Shown: in pieces, positions 16,858-25,213 of the stretch | How the letters are laid out: each line of letters starts with the position of its first letter | How positions within the stretch are numbered: the first letter of the stretch is position 1 | Source of the DNA: Parcubacteria group bacterium | Lineage (GTDB): Bacteria > Patescibacteriota > Minisyncoccia > Phycocordibacterales > DATDWN01 | Direction: 5' to 3' | Assembly (NCBI GenBank): GCA_039740895.1 | Contig: JBCLGS010000002.1 | Location: 258 to 64,257, forward strand | DNA length: 64,000 nt | Notes under the pieces: model-generated | Seen by the model: the letters and a program-made list of their open reading frames with translations, nothing else | What the model was told of the DNA's origin: nothing | Database searches by the model: none | Program-made: the position numbers and the translations under genes

Positions 16858-18936
16858 ATGAATAAAAATACTCCAGAAAAAAAACAACAAAACGAGAACG
16901 AGTCTTTGATAGGAACAATTAGCGTAAATACAAAAGGTGTTGGATTTTTTGATAGACTGGAAAAAGAAGCTACATTGGAGATTCAACCAGAGAATTTGAA
17001 CCGCGCTTTTCACGGGGATACTGTTGAAGTCACCTCCCTTGGCACAAAAGTGAAAGACAGGGAGCAAGGTAAAGTGGTCAAAATAATTTCAAGAATAAAA
17101 AACAAATTTGTCGGAATAATTCGAGAAACTGACGGCTTAGTTTTCCTCGTTCCTGACGACAGGAGAATGTACACCGATATCAGAATCGCAGACAAAGAAC
17201 TTCCCACTGATTTAGAAAATAAAAAAGTTTTGGTTGAAATAATAGACTGGGAGGGCGACCGAAATGGACCAATCGGCAAAATAGAAAAAGTGGTTGGAAC
17301 CATCGGCGAAAACAATACTGAAATGGAGTCTATCGTTTTGGAAAAAGGTTTCAATGTTGGTTTCCCCGCCGATGTTGAAGAAGAAGCACACAACTTGAAA
17401 ATTAAATTTGACGCTGAGGTAAAATCCGGATTTTCAGATTTGGATGCAGTTCAAGGCGCCGGCGAGGCTCGTGACCAAGCTGTACTTAATGGTACTGCGC
17501 GTGGAACGAACGCAGCCGGCAACGAAGAAATGCGCCAAATCTGGAAATCTGGTCGCAGGGATATGAGGGGAACGACTACAATGACCATCGACCCAGCTGA
17601 CGCCAAGGACTTTGACGACGCCATTTCTTTCAAAGAAATTAGTGAAAATTTATATGAAATTGGAATTCACATCGCCGATGTGTCTTACTTTGTTACACCA
17701 GGAACAGCTTTGGATCGTGAATCAGAAAAGCGAGGGCTTTCAGTGTATCTTGTAGACAGAACGATTCCCATGCTTCCAGAAGTGCTTTCAAATGACCTTT
17801 GTTCACTCAATCCAAATGAAGACAAGTACACTTTTTCAGCGGTATTCAAAATTAATTCTGAAGGTGTAGTGCAAGATAAATGGTTTGGACGAACTGTTAT
17901 ACATAGTGATAAGAGATTTTCATATGAAGAAGCTCAGGATGTTTTAAATGGAAAGTTAGAAAGTCCATACGGAAAACAGCTTCAGACACTCCAAGCTATC
18001 GCCAAAAAACTTGAAAAACAAAAATTCAGTAACGGTGCAATCGCCTTTGAAACAGAGGAAGTGAAGTTTGAGCTAGACGCGACAGGCAAACCTATCCGCG
18101 TTTACAAAAAAAGCCGACTTGATACACATAAACTTGTTGAGGAATATATGCTACTTGCAAACCGTGAGGTCGCAAAATACATTTTCCATTCACAAGGAAA
18201 TATAAATAAAAAAGGTTCGCAGTCCGTTTATCGTATCCACGGCTCACCAGACAAAGATAGAATTCAGAGCCTCGCAATATTTCTAAAAGCTTTAGGTTTT
18301 GATTTGACAAATAAAGATGGAGAGGTTACTTCCCGAGATATCAATAAACTTTTGAAAGAAGTTGAAGGAACACCAAACGAAGAACTTATTAAAACTGCCA
18401 CAATCCGCTCAATGCAGAAAGCTATTTATTCTACAAAAAATATTGGCCATTTTGGGCTTGCTTTCACATTTTACACACACTTCACTTCACCTATCCGCCG
18501 ATATCCAGACTTGCTCGTGCATCGATTCTTACAGCGAGAACTGACTGGCGGAAAAATAGAACAAAATGAATACGAAAAATTTGAACGCATTTGTATGTCC
18601 TCTTCAGAATCAGAAAAGAGAGCTTCAGACGCAGAGCGAGCAAGTATCAAATACAAACAAGTTGAATACATGCAGGGTCATATCGGAGAAAGTTTTGACG
18701 GTATAATTACAGGTGTCACGGAGTGGGGTATCTACATTGAAGAAAAAGAAACCAAATGCGAAGGTATGGCAAAACTTCGCGACCTTACAGACGACTTTTA
18801 TGTTTTAGATGAGAAAAATTACACGATCAGAGGTCAGAAAACTGGCAAAAAATACACCCTCGGCGACAGTGTCAGATTCAAAGTTGTCTCGGCAGACTTA
18901 GAAAGGCGAGTTTTGGATTATGTTTTAATAAGTTAG
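16858..18936 (+). CDS. rnr: ribonuclease R (RNB-family 3-prime to 5-prime exoribonuclease)
   Basis: Cold-shock-like N-terminus, RNB catalytic block MTIDPADAKDFDDAISF, C-terminal S1 domain; start placed at MNKNT (the ORF opens at 16804, abutting the rpsP start; 16831 is another candidate). Confidence 0.88.
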   Translation: MNKNTPEKKQQNENESLIGTISVNTKGVGFFDRLEKEATLEIQPENLNRAFHGDTVEVTSLGTKVKDREQGKVVKIISRIKNKFVGIIRETDGLVFLVPDDRRMYTDIRIADKELPTDLENKKVLVEIIDWEGDRNGPIGKIEKVVGTIGENNTEMESIVLEKGFNVGFPADVEEEAHNLKIKFDAEVKSGFSDLDAVQGAGEARDQAVLNGTARGTNAAGNEEMRQIWKSGRRDMRGTTTMTIDPADAKDFDDAISFKEISENLYEIGIHIADVSYFVTPGTALDRESEKRGLSVYLVDRTIPMLPEVLSNDLCSLNPNEDKYTFSAVFKINSEGVVQDKWFGRTVIHSDKRFSYEEAQDVLNGKLESPYGKQLQTLQAIAKKLEKQKFSNGAIAFETEEVKFELDATGKPIRVYKKSRLDTHKLVEEYMLLANREVAKYIFHSQGNINKKGSQSVYRIHGSPDKDRIQSLAIFLKALGFDLTNKDGEVTSRDINKLLKEVEGTPNEELIKTATIRSMQKAIYSTKNIGHFGLAFTFYTHFTSPIRRYPDLLVHRFLQRELTGGKIEQNEYEKFERICMSSSESEKRASDAERASIKYKQVEYMQGHIGESFDGIITGVTEWGIYIEEKETKCEGMAKLRDLTDDFYVLDEKNYTIRGQKTGKKYTLGDSVRFKVVSADLERRVLDYVLIS

Positions 18937-18967
18937 ATTCTCTTAATTGATTCCTCTTGGCATATTT

Positions 18968-19276
18968 TTATGAAAGGACCCTTTCTCCGAAACTGTAGAT
19001 TTGATATGGAGATTTTATTGGTTTAGGAGAATTTAATTTTTTCCAAAGATTTTCATACTCAATATCAGAAACTTGATTCAATATATAAGGACGAATTTTT
19101 GCTTTTTTTGCAGAAATAACATACCCACGAATAGCTTCGTCAAGCATAAGAAAAACTTCTCGAGGATCATCTCCTGTTTCAACAAGATTAAACTCTAGAG
19201 CAACTCCGACCCAAACATTTTTATCTTTAAAGATAATAGTCCGAACAGAGCCTTTTTGATATGTGTTCATATACAA
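18968..19276 (-). CDS. hypothetical protein, HicB-like (UPF0150) fold suspected
   Basis: 102 aa; WVGVALEFNLVETGDDPREVFLMLDEAIRGYV resembles the HicB/UPF0150 pattern; no partner toxin identified. Confidence 0.2.
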   Translation of the reverse strand: MYMNTYQKGSVRTIIFKDKNVWVGVALEFNLVETGDDPREVFLMLDEAIRGYVISAKKAKIRPYILNQVSDIEYENLWKKLNSPKPIKSPYQIYSFGERVLS

Positions 19277-19310
19277 AATATATCATAATTCCTTTGAATT
19301 GCGAAACTCG

Positions 19311-19331
19311 AAATCAAAGGTACCTGACACC
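19311..19331. promoter_or_regulatory. second copy of the AAATCAAAGGTACCTGACACC motif, followed by GGTATAGG-type direct repeats, upstream of the 102-aa gene
   Basis: 21/21 identity with 8171-8191; both sit 5-prime of minus-strand genes. Confidence 0.35.
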
Positions 19332-19390
19332 TATACCACCCCTATACCCAAATGTCTCACCTATATCCAAATTGGTATATACATAAAAGT

Positions 19391-19912
19391 TTAAAAAATT
19401 GGACTGATACCGCCTCCAATTTGTAAAAGCAAAAATGCATAAATAAAATCAAACCAGAAAAAACTTAACTTATTAGCAATCCAGATAAGAATAAAAAATG
19501 GGTAAGACAAATAATGTAAAGTAGATCCTTCATTTTTTAGATAATGTTTACTTGTTTCCAAAATATTTTTTGCATCATGATCACTAGGAAACGAGTGAGC
19601 TCCGATAGATAAAGCTAACCAAAGTAATAAATAATTTAAAAAACTTTGTGGTAATGTTTGAGAAGCAATGGCACTCAAAATTACACATCCGAGCGAATTT
19701 ACAACAAGTGGTCCGACAGATATCCAGAAAGTTTTTTTAAAAGTAGATGGAGCTTCATGTGTAACATACCCTGCTGTTTTTTGCCAAAATCTAAAATAAG
19801 CCACTTCGTAAACCTTAACCCCAAACCACTCACAGAATTTTTTGTGTGCCCATTCGTGAACTATCACTCCTGGAAAGGTTAAAAGTGATATTAATTGTCC
19901 TGGTAAAAACAT
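19391..19912 (-). CDS. polytopic membrane protein with HExxH motif (DUF3267-like putative zincin)
   Basis: 173 aa; HEWAH near the N-terminus, several predicted TM helices. Confidence 0.35.
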   Translation of the reverse strand: MFLPGQLISLLTFPGVIVHEWAHKKFCEWFGVKVYEVAYFRFWQKTAGYVTHEAPSTFKKTFWISVGPLVVNSLGCVILSAIASQTLPQSFLNYLLLWLALSIGAHSFPSDHDAKNILETSKHYLKNEGSTLHYLSYPFFILIWIANKLSFFWFDFIYAFLLLQIGGGISPIF

Positions 19913-20179
19913 AAATTTATTTTAAAAAATAATTAATATCCTTATTATAAATCCTCGAAAAAACTTGAAGTTCCACAACATCAACCATTTGCTGTCCCGA
20001 TTCGACATTAGAAATACGCGATTACGGACGCTTTAATTTATTTGCCACCTACACTTTAGTAAATCCTGCCTCCTTGCGAGCTTTCCGCAATCGCTCGACA
20101 AAGTATGCATATTCCTTTATTCTTATTGACCTTGTCATATATTACCATTGTCTATCTAAATATTCAATACAAAAAAATC

Positions 20180-22522
20180 CTACTTCGCTACGGAAACTGC
20201 TTGGTCAAAAGCGACAGAGAGAAGTTTTGAGCCGCCACCCATTCCCATTGTCACGCCGTATAAAATACCAGCGCGGGACATTGTTTCGCGGTTGTGAGTG
20301 ATAACAATAAGCTGAGAAAACTTGGAAAGATTTTCCACCATATCGGCATATTTTTTGGAATTGGCTTCGTCCAGTGCCGCATCTGTTTCGTCCAAAATAA
20401 TAAATGGCGGAGGATTGACTTGGGTCACGGCGAAAATTAAAGCGATGGATGTCAAAGCTCTTTCACCACCAGAAAGCATCATCAATCCCTTCACTTTCTT
20501 TTTTGGCAAACTAACTTCAATATCAATTCCCTCTTCGCTCAACAAAGCTTCTTCATACGCTTGTTCGCCATCGTCCAATAAACCACTTATGTCGTCGTCC
20601 TTTCCGCCAAAGGCGGATCCGTCCGATGAGGCGGACTTTTTTTTCTTTGGTGGATTTATTACAGACAAGTGTGCCTCTCCTCCTCCGAACATCATCGCAA
20701 AATATTCTTTGAATTGTACATTGATTTTCTCCACACCATTTTTAAATTCAGTTGAAAGTCTTTCGTCTAAATCTTTTATAAGCTCTGTCAGTGACACAGC
20801 CGATTGTTCCAAATCAATAATTTCCTTTGCAAGAAATTCATCTCTCTCAGTAGCATCTGTGTATTCTTTCATTGTTTCGGAACCGCCAATACCTCCAGCG
20901 TCTTCCAATCGGATTTTTATTTTCTCAATAGCCCGCCTGCGTTCTTCCTGGATATTACGTGGCTCATCATAATTAAAAGGAATACTTTCTCCGCCAAAGG
21001 CGGATCCGTCCGATGAGGCGGAAAATTGCAAAATACTCGTACCAAGCATCATCCCAAGCTCTGTAAGTTCCCGCTTGAAATCTTCTTTGATTAACCTAAG
21101 TGTTTCTTCTTCGGCAGAAACAGTATGAAGTTTTGACCGAGCTTCCTGTCCTCCCGCCATAATTCTGAAAATGTCTTTTTCTGCATCACGATTTGAATCT
21201 TTTTCTTTTTCTATTTTATTTTTCAGTGAATTATACTGCGTTGCAAGTTCTGTCTCACGAGATTTCATTCCATTTATTTTTGAATCAATTTCACCCTTTG
21301 AACTCTTCAGATTTTCAATATCCCTCTCCGCCTCAGCAAGAAGTGACACCTGCCCGACTACATTCAGGCGGGTGTCCACTCGGTCTTTATTATCATCAAC
21401 AAAATCTTGTAGGGCTCTACTTATTTCATCAATGACTCGCAAGAGTGTCTCAGTGTCTCTGGTCTCTCTAGCTTGAACTATTTTTTCCTCCAAACTTTTT
21501 TGCAAAGCTTCCACTGAAACTAGAGTAACTGTCTTGTGTAAATAAGATGAGGTGACTTCTTCTTGTTTTCGGACCATTCGTGCGAGGGAAGAAAGTTCAC
21601 CGTCAATTCTTCCAAACTCTTTGAAGAGCGAATCTTTTTCTTCGCGGATATCATGCAAAGATTTTTCAAGAATCATCAGTTCGTCACTGACCAAGTCTTT
21701 GTGCGTAACATTTTCTAAAACAGACCGAGCTTTCGTCAATTCTTCTTCAAGTTTTTTTATTTCTTTTTCCAGTGGTTCTTTTTCACTAGATATTTTTTCT
21801 GATTTACTTTTTATATATTGGCCTTCGCGATTGCAGTATTCCATTGCCCTCTGCTTTAAATCCTCTTTCATCTCTAATGTCTTCTGGACTTTCTCTACTT
21901 GTTTTCTCAAAAATTTAATATGAGGCATTATTTCGCGACGGAGCGATTCTACCTGAGCAATATTCTCCCGAGTTTTTTCTAACTTTCTCTGACTCTCATG
22001 TTTTTTATATTGATATAGTTTCAAGCCAAGTGCATCCTCTATCATTGCCTTACGCTCTTTGATACTAGCGTTCAAAATTCTATCCGCTTCACCTTGAGAA
22101 ATAATATGATGTCCAGAAGCTCCAATATGTGCTGAGTTCAAAAGCTCCACTACATCTCGAAGTCGCACATGGGAACCATTTATTAAATATTCATTTACAG
22201 AATCTCGATGGACCACTCGCTCTATAACAACCTCCTCAAAATCAACCGGTAAAAATCGTGAGGTATTGTCTAAGACAAGCTTAACGCTTGCCCGATTCGC
22301 CCGGGGTGAATCACCAGTGCCGTTGAATATCAAATCCTCACCCTTTTTTCCTCGAAGAGACTTGATAGACTGTTCGCCGAGCACAAATCGAAAGGCCTCA
22401 GCCACATTGGACTTGCCTGAGCCGTTTGGACCTACGATAGCAGAAATAGGAGATGAAAATGTCAGCTCGCTTTTCTTAGCAAATGATTTAAAACCAGTAA
22501 GCTCGATACTTTTCAGATACAT
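20180..22522 (-). CDS. smc: SMC-family chromosome segregation ATPase (short form)
   Basis: N-terminal Walker A GPNGSGKSN, long coiled coil, C-terminal signature LSGGERALTSIAL and Walker B ILDETDAALD; contains two in-frame 35-bp palindromic inserts. Confidence 0.85.
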   Translation of the reverse strand: MYLKSIELTGFKSFAKKSELTFSSPISAIVGPNGSGKSNVAEAFRFVLGEQSIKSLRGKKGEDLIFNGTGDSPRANRASVKLVLDNTSRFLPVDFEEVVIERVVHRDSVNEYLINGSHVRLRDVVELLNSAHIGASGHHIISQGEADRILNASIKERKAMIEDALGLKLYQYKKHESQRKLEKTRENIAQVESLRREIMPHIKFLRKQVEKVQKTLEMKEDLKQRAMEYCNREGQYIKSKSEKISSEKEPLEKEIKKLEEELTKARSVLENVTHKDLVSDELMILEKSLHDIREEKDSLFKEFGRIDGELSSLARMVRKQEEVTSSYLHKTVTLVSVEALQKSLEEKIVQARETRDTETLLRVIDEISRALQDFVDDNKDRVDTRLNVVGQVSLLAEAERDIENLKSSKGEIDSKINGMKSRETELATQYNSLKNKIEKEKDSNRDAEKDIFRIMAGGQEARSKLHTVSAEEETLRLIKEDFKRELTELGMMLGTSILQFSASSDGSAFGGESIPFNYDEPRNIQEERRRAIEKIKIRLEDAGGIGGSETMKEYTDATERDEFLAKEIIDLEQSAVSLTELIKDLDERLSTEFKNGVEKINVQFKEYFAMMFGGGEAHLSVINPPKKKKSASSDGSAFGGKDDDISGLLDDGEQAYEEALLSEEGIDIEVSLPKKKVKGLMMLSGGERALTSIALIFAVTQVNPPPFIILDETDAALDEANSKKYADMVENLSKFSQLIVITHNRETMSRAGILYGVTMGMGGGSKLLSVAFDQAVSVAK
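20601..20635. repeat. GC-rich palindromic element inserted in-frame in smc (copy 1; encodes SASSDGSAFGG)
   Basis: TTCCGCCAAAGGCGGATCCGTCCGATGAGGCGGA contains the TCCGCC-AAA-GGCGGA hairpin; identical copy at 20988-21022. Confidence 0.8.
20988..21022. repeat. GC-rich palindromic element inserted in-frame in smc (copy 2)
   Basis: 35/35 match to copy 1, 387 bp away, same frame. Confidence 0.8.
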
Positions 22523-22583
22523 TATATTTAGTATACCAAAAAAATGAACGGTCGTGGAAATTTTTTATAAATTTTCAGATTTG

Positions 22584-22745
22584 AGCCAAGGTCGAGTGAG
22601 AAATGATATTATCATTTCGCAAGACCTTGAGCATTTTGTAATCAAAATGTGAAAGGTGTACTGCTCCTGTAAGGAGGAAAATTAAAAAATGATTAGAGCC
22701 ATACTTAGTGGTATGGTGAGAATTATTTTTGTTTTTTAGACGATG
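22584..22745 (+). repeat. composite intergenic element: family B structured repeat (copy 1) with a nested inverted family A insertion (22596-22674)
   Basis: ccaaggtcg lead-in, then inverted family A, then the gagccatacttagtggtatggtgag inner hairpin flanked by an AT-rich outer stem. Confidence 0.75.
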
Positions 22746-22790
22746 CTCCCTGTTTGCTCAAGAGCGAAGCGATTGATTTGCAAACAGCAG
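22745..22790 (+). repeat. family D hairpin element gctccCTGTTTGCtcaagagcgaagcgattgatttGCAAACAGcag; inverted copy at 49884-49929
   Basis: 8-bp stem; the second copy carries a compensatory C:G to T:A change (ctgtttgt / acaaacag). Confidence 0.75.
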
Positions 22791-22805
22791 TCCTTTAGGG
22801 CTCCA

Positions 22806-22863
22806 TTATTTTCTTATGAGCGAAGCGAGTTAGAAAATAAGCAGTACCCTTGTGGTAAGATTG
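22806..22863 (+). repeat. family C element ttttCTTATgagcgaagcgagttagaaaATAAGcagtacccttgtggtaagattg; second copy 23738-23797
   Basis: ~58-bp near-identical copies in the smc-rnc and rnc-nusB spacers. Confidence 0.8.
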
Positions 22864-22882
22864 TCCAAATATGAAAGTTTAT

Positions 22883-23578
22883 TTAATTCCAGCCCCGAAC
22901 TTCAAGTGCCAATCGGGCCGCCACCTGTTCCGCATCTTGCTTTGAATCGCCTACACCTTCAGCAACCAAATTTCTGCCAATATAAACACCAACGGTGAAT
23001 TTCTTGTCATGGTCTGGACCAGTTTCTTTGATCGTTTTGTATGATGGAGTAACACCATCAAACTCTTGAGCTTTTTCCTGAAACAATGATTTTGAATCAA
23101 TAAAACTTTTTGCAGAAATAATATCATCAATAAGTGGAGTGAAATTTCTTTCGATAAAACCCTTGGCAGAATCATATCCTTGGTCAAGATAAATTGCTCC
23201 GATAAGTGCCTCTAAGACATTGGCTAAAATATATTGTCTAGCTCGTCCTATGTCCTTACTCTCACCTTTTGAAAGAAGTAGATAATCGTTTATAGAAAGT
23301 CTGGTGGCAATCTCTGAACATGTAGTAGCATTCACGAGCGAAGAACGATAAGCGGTCAACTCTCCTTCCGGCTTAGTTGGGTATTTTGCGTATAGGAAGT
23401 CTGTGATAACAAGCTCCAAAACAGCGTCGCCTAAAAACTCTAATCTCTCATTATGAGAAAGTCCTGATGCTTTGTTTTCGTTGATATATGAGCGGTGTAC
23501 AAAAGCTTGCGTCAAAAGACCAACATCTTTGAATGCTAGCCCCGCTTTCATTTGAAATTCTGTAAAATCTATAATCAT
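22883..23578 (-). CDS. rnc: ribonuclease III
   Basis: RNase III signature ERLEFLGDAVLELVITDFLY and C-terminal dsRBD; start taken at MIIDFTEF (the ORF extends to 23623). Confidence 0.9.
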   Translation of the reverse strand: MIIDFTEFQMKAGLAFKDVGLLTQAFVHRSYINENKASGLSHNERLEFLGDAVLELVITDFLYAKYPTKPEGELTAYRSSLVNATTCSEIATRLSINDYLLLSKGESKDIGRARQYILANVLEALIGAIYLDQGYDSAKGFIERNFTPLIDDIISAKSFIDSKSLFQEKAQEFDGVTPSYKTIKETGPDHDKKFTVGVYIGRNLVAEGVGDSKQDAEQVAARLALEVRGWN

Positions 23579-23651
23579 GTTTGTAATATAACACAAAACC
23601 AGCTTATTGCAAAAAACCCTCAATTCTTTGCCGAGCTCTGTGGATTTTTGA

Positions 23652-23726
23652 CCAAGGTCGCGTATAAAATTTAAAAATGTGCGAAGCCATACTTAGTAGT
23701 ATGGTGACAAACATTTTTAAATTTTA
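23652..23726 (+). repeat. family B structured repeat, copy 2
   Basis: Perfect 14-bp outer stem AAATTTAAAAATGT / ACATTTTTAAATTT enclosing the conserved GCCATACTTAGTAGTATGG inner hairpin; preceded by ccaaggtcg. Confidence 0.8.
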
Positions 23727-23737
23727 GACAATGCTCC

Positions 23738-23797
23738 ATTATTTTCTTATGAGCGAAGCGAGTTAGAAAATAAGCAGTACCCTTGTGGTAAGATTGG
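23738..23797 (+). repeat. family C element, copy 2
   Basis: See 22806-22863. Confidence 0.8.
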
Positions 23798-23812
23798 ACA
23801 AAAAGACCAGAG

Positions 23813-24706
23813 TTATTTTTTCAATAGAATGTTAATAGCTTTCGTGACCAGCGGCATAATGTCATTATAAAAATTCAAGTCAAGTATATCACCCATTTTA
23901 AACCACTTTGCGTCATCCAGTCCACCCGAGTTTTTTAATTTGATTTCTACATAAGGCGCTTCCACTAGATAATATGTAACATTCTTTTTTATCTTTCCTT
24001 TTTCTGGGTGGTATGTCAGATATTCATTCGAACCAAGTTTTTCTTTTACTTCCACAGGTAAGGAAATCTCATCCTCTATTACCTGAGCAACTTCTTTTTC
24101 TGGATCCGTTCCTGTGATGTGTCCCTTTGATAAAGTCCATCGCCCAAAAACATCATGGACAAGTGCAAGATAAACATCTTCTCCTTCTTTAGCGTAAACC
24201 ACAGCTCCTGCGAGATATTCAATAGGAATATTTACAGGACCCATCTCTTTGTTTTTCTTGTCTTTAGAAGTTTCGTCTTTGCCGGGCTCGCCAAGCTCTT
24301 TGTATACTGCTCCAAGAACTCCGTTTACAAACTTACTGGAAGTATCCCCTCCAAATGTTTTAGAAAGCTCAATAGCTTCATTGATAGCTACCTTTGGTGG
24401 CACTTGTCCTCTGTCGGAAAAAAGGAGCTCATAAAGGCCAATACGGAGAATATTTCGGTCCATCACAGAGATTTTATCTATTGGCCAGTCAGGGGCAGCC
24501 TTCTCTATTATTAAATCAATATCTTTTTGTTTGTCTATAACCCCTTTCATCAAATTTTCCATAAAAGAAAAATCGCCCATGCCAGCTCCAAATTCTTTGG
24601 CATTGCGATTAAATATCTCCACAGATTCTGAGGATGTTTTCTGATTGAAGTCCCATTCAAATAAGGACTGCAGAACTATGCTTCTGGAAAGGTGCCTGTT
24701 AGCCAT
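23813..24706 (-). CDS. nusB: transcription antitermination factor NusB fused to a C-terminal Nudix-like domain
   Basis: N-terminal ~140 aa is NusB-like (RSIVLQSLFEWDF, DRNILRIGLYELLF); C-terminal ~150 aa carries a degenerate Nudix-box-like segment (GHITGTDPEKEVAQVIEDEISL). Confidence 0.7.
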   Translation of the reverse strand: MANRHLSRSIVLQSLFEWDFNQKTSSESVEIFNRNAKEFGAGMGDFSFMENLMKGVIDKQKDIDLIIEKAAPDWPIDKISVMDRNILRIGLYELLFSDRGQVPPKVAINEAIELSKTFGGDTSSKFVNGVLGAVYKELGEPGKDETSKDKKNKEMGPVNIPIEYLAGAVVYAKEGEDVYLALVHDVFGRWTLSKGHITGTDPEKEVAQVIEDEISLPVEVKEKLGSNEYLTYHPEKGKIKKNVTYYLVEAPYVEIKLKNSGGLDDAKWFKMGDILDLNFYNDIMPLVTKAINILLKK

Positions 24707-24778
24707 TTATGTGTACAGTATAACAAAAATATTAAAAGAAAGTAAATGTACATCTCAAAAAAAGGCATAATCCTCTTT

Positions 24779-25000
24779 TTATTTTTTATTATTTGTTTTT
24801 TCCTTCTTGGCTTTCTTAGCTAGTTTTGCTGTTACATCAATAACTGTTCTGCCTTTATACTGACCAGTCTGAAGAGACGCTCGATGTCGCAAATGAGGAA
24901 CATTTGTAGTTTTGTCTAGAGTAACAGCAGGGTTGAACAATCTGTGGTGAGATCGTGTATTTCCTCGCTGGCTCCTTGTGTGTCGCATTCTTACAACCAT
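24779..25000 (-). CDS. rpmF: 50S ribosomal protein L32
   Basis: 73 aa; RMRHTRSQRGNTRSHHRL ... LRHRASLQTGQYKGRTVI matches the bL32 pattern (K/R-rich N-terminus, LRHH..G.Y.GR.VI). Confidence 0.7.
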   Translation of the reverse strand: MVVRMRHTRSQRGNTRSHHRLFNPAVTLDKTTNVPHLRHRASLQTGQYKGRTVIDVTAKLAKKAKKEKTNNKK

Positions 25001-25039
25001 AATATTAGAACATTATCATATTCCTTCTAAAATCACAAG

Positions 25040-25062
25040 CGAATTTGCCACCAGCAAATTCG
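25040..25062. promoter_or_regulatory. operator-like palindrome CGAATTTGC-CACCA-GCAAATTCG upstream of rpmF; a second copy at 35142-35163 lies between the divergent gyrB and pheS
   Basis: 9-bp perfect arms with a 5-bp spacer; both copies sit 40-45 bp upstream of gene starts. Confidence 0.4.
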
Positions 25063-25213
25063 TGCATGAAATAATGTTTGCTGTAAGCAGAACATTTTTC
25101 AAGCCTATGTTTTTAGAACTGCATAAAATAAAGTGTTTTCGGAGCACGGATAAATCGTTGGTACGATTTTCCTCAAGTCTCGGCTACCCGCCTGCGAAGT
25201 CTCCTAAAATACT

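Noticed and set aside
16804-17067. Extension of the rpsP ORF 88 codons upstream, and the rnr ORF opening at 16804
   Set aside because: S16 homology begins exactly at the internal Met (MLKIRLQRVGRK). The upstream part is antisense to the rnr N-terminus. Both starts were trimmed to leave a divergent promoter spacer, though the exact rnr start (16804, 16831 or 16858) is uncertain.
20322-22547. Multiple plus-strand ORFs antisense to smc (216, 123, 101 aa and others)
   Set aside because: Ser/Phe-rich low-complexity translations opposite a well-supported SMC frame; typical antisense artefacts.
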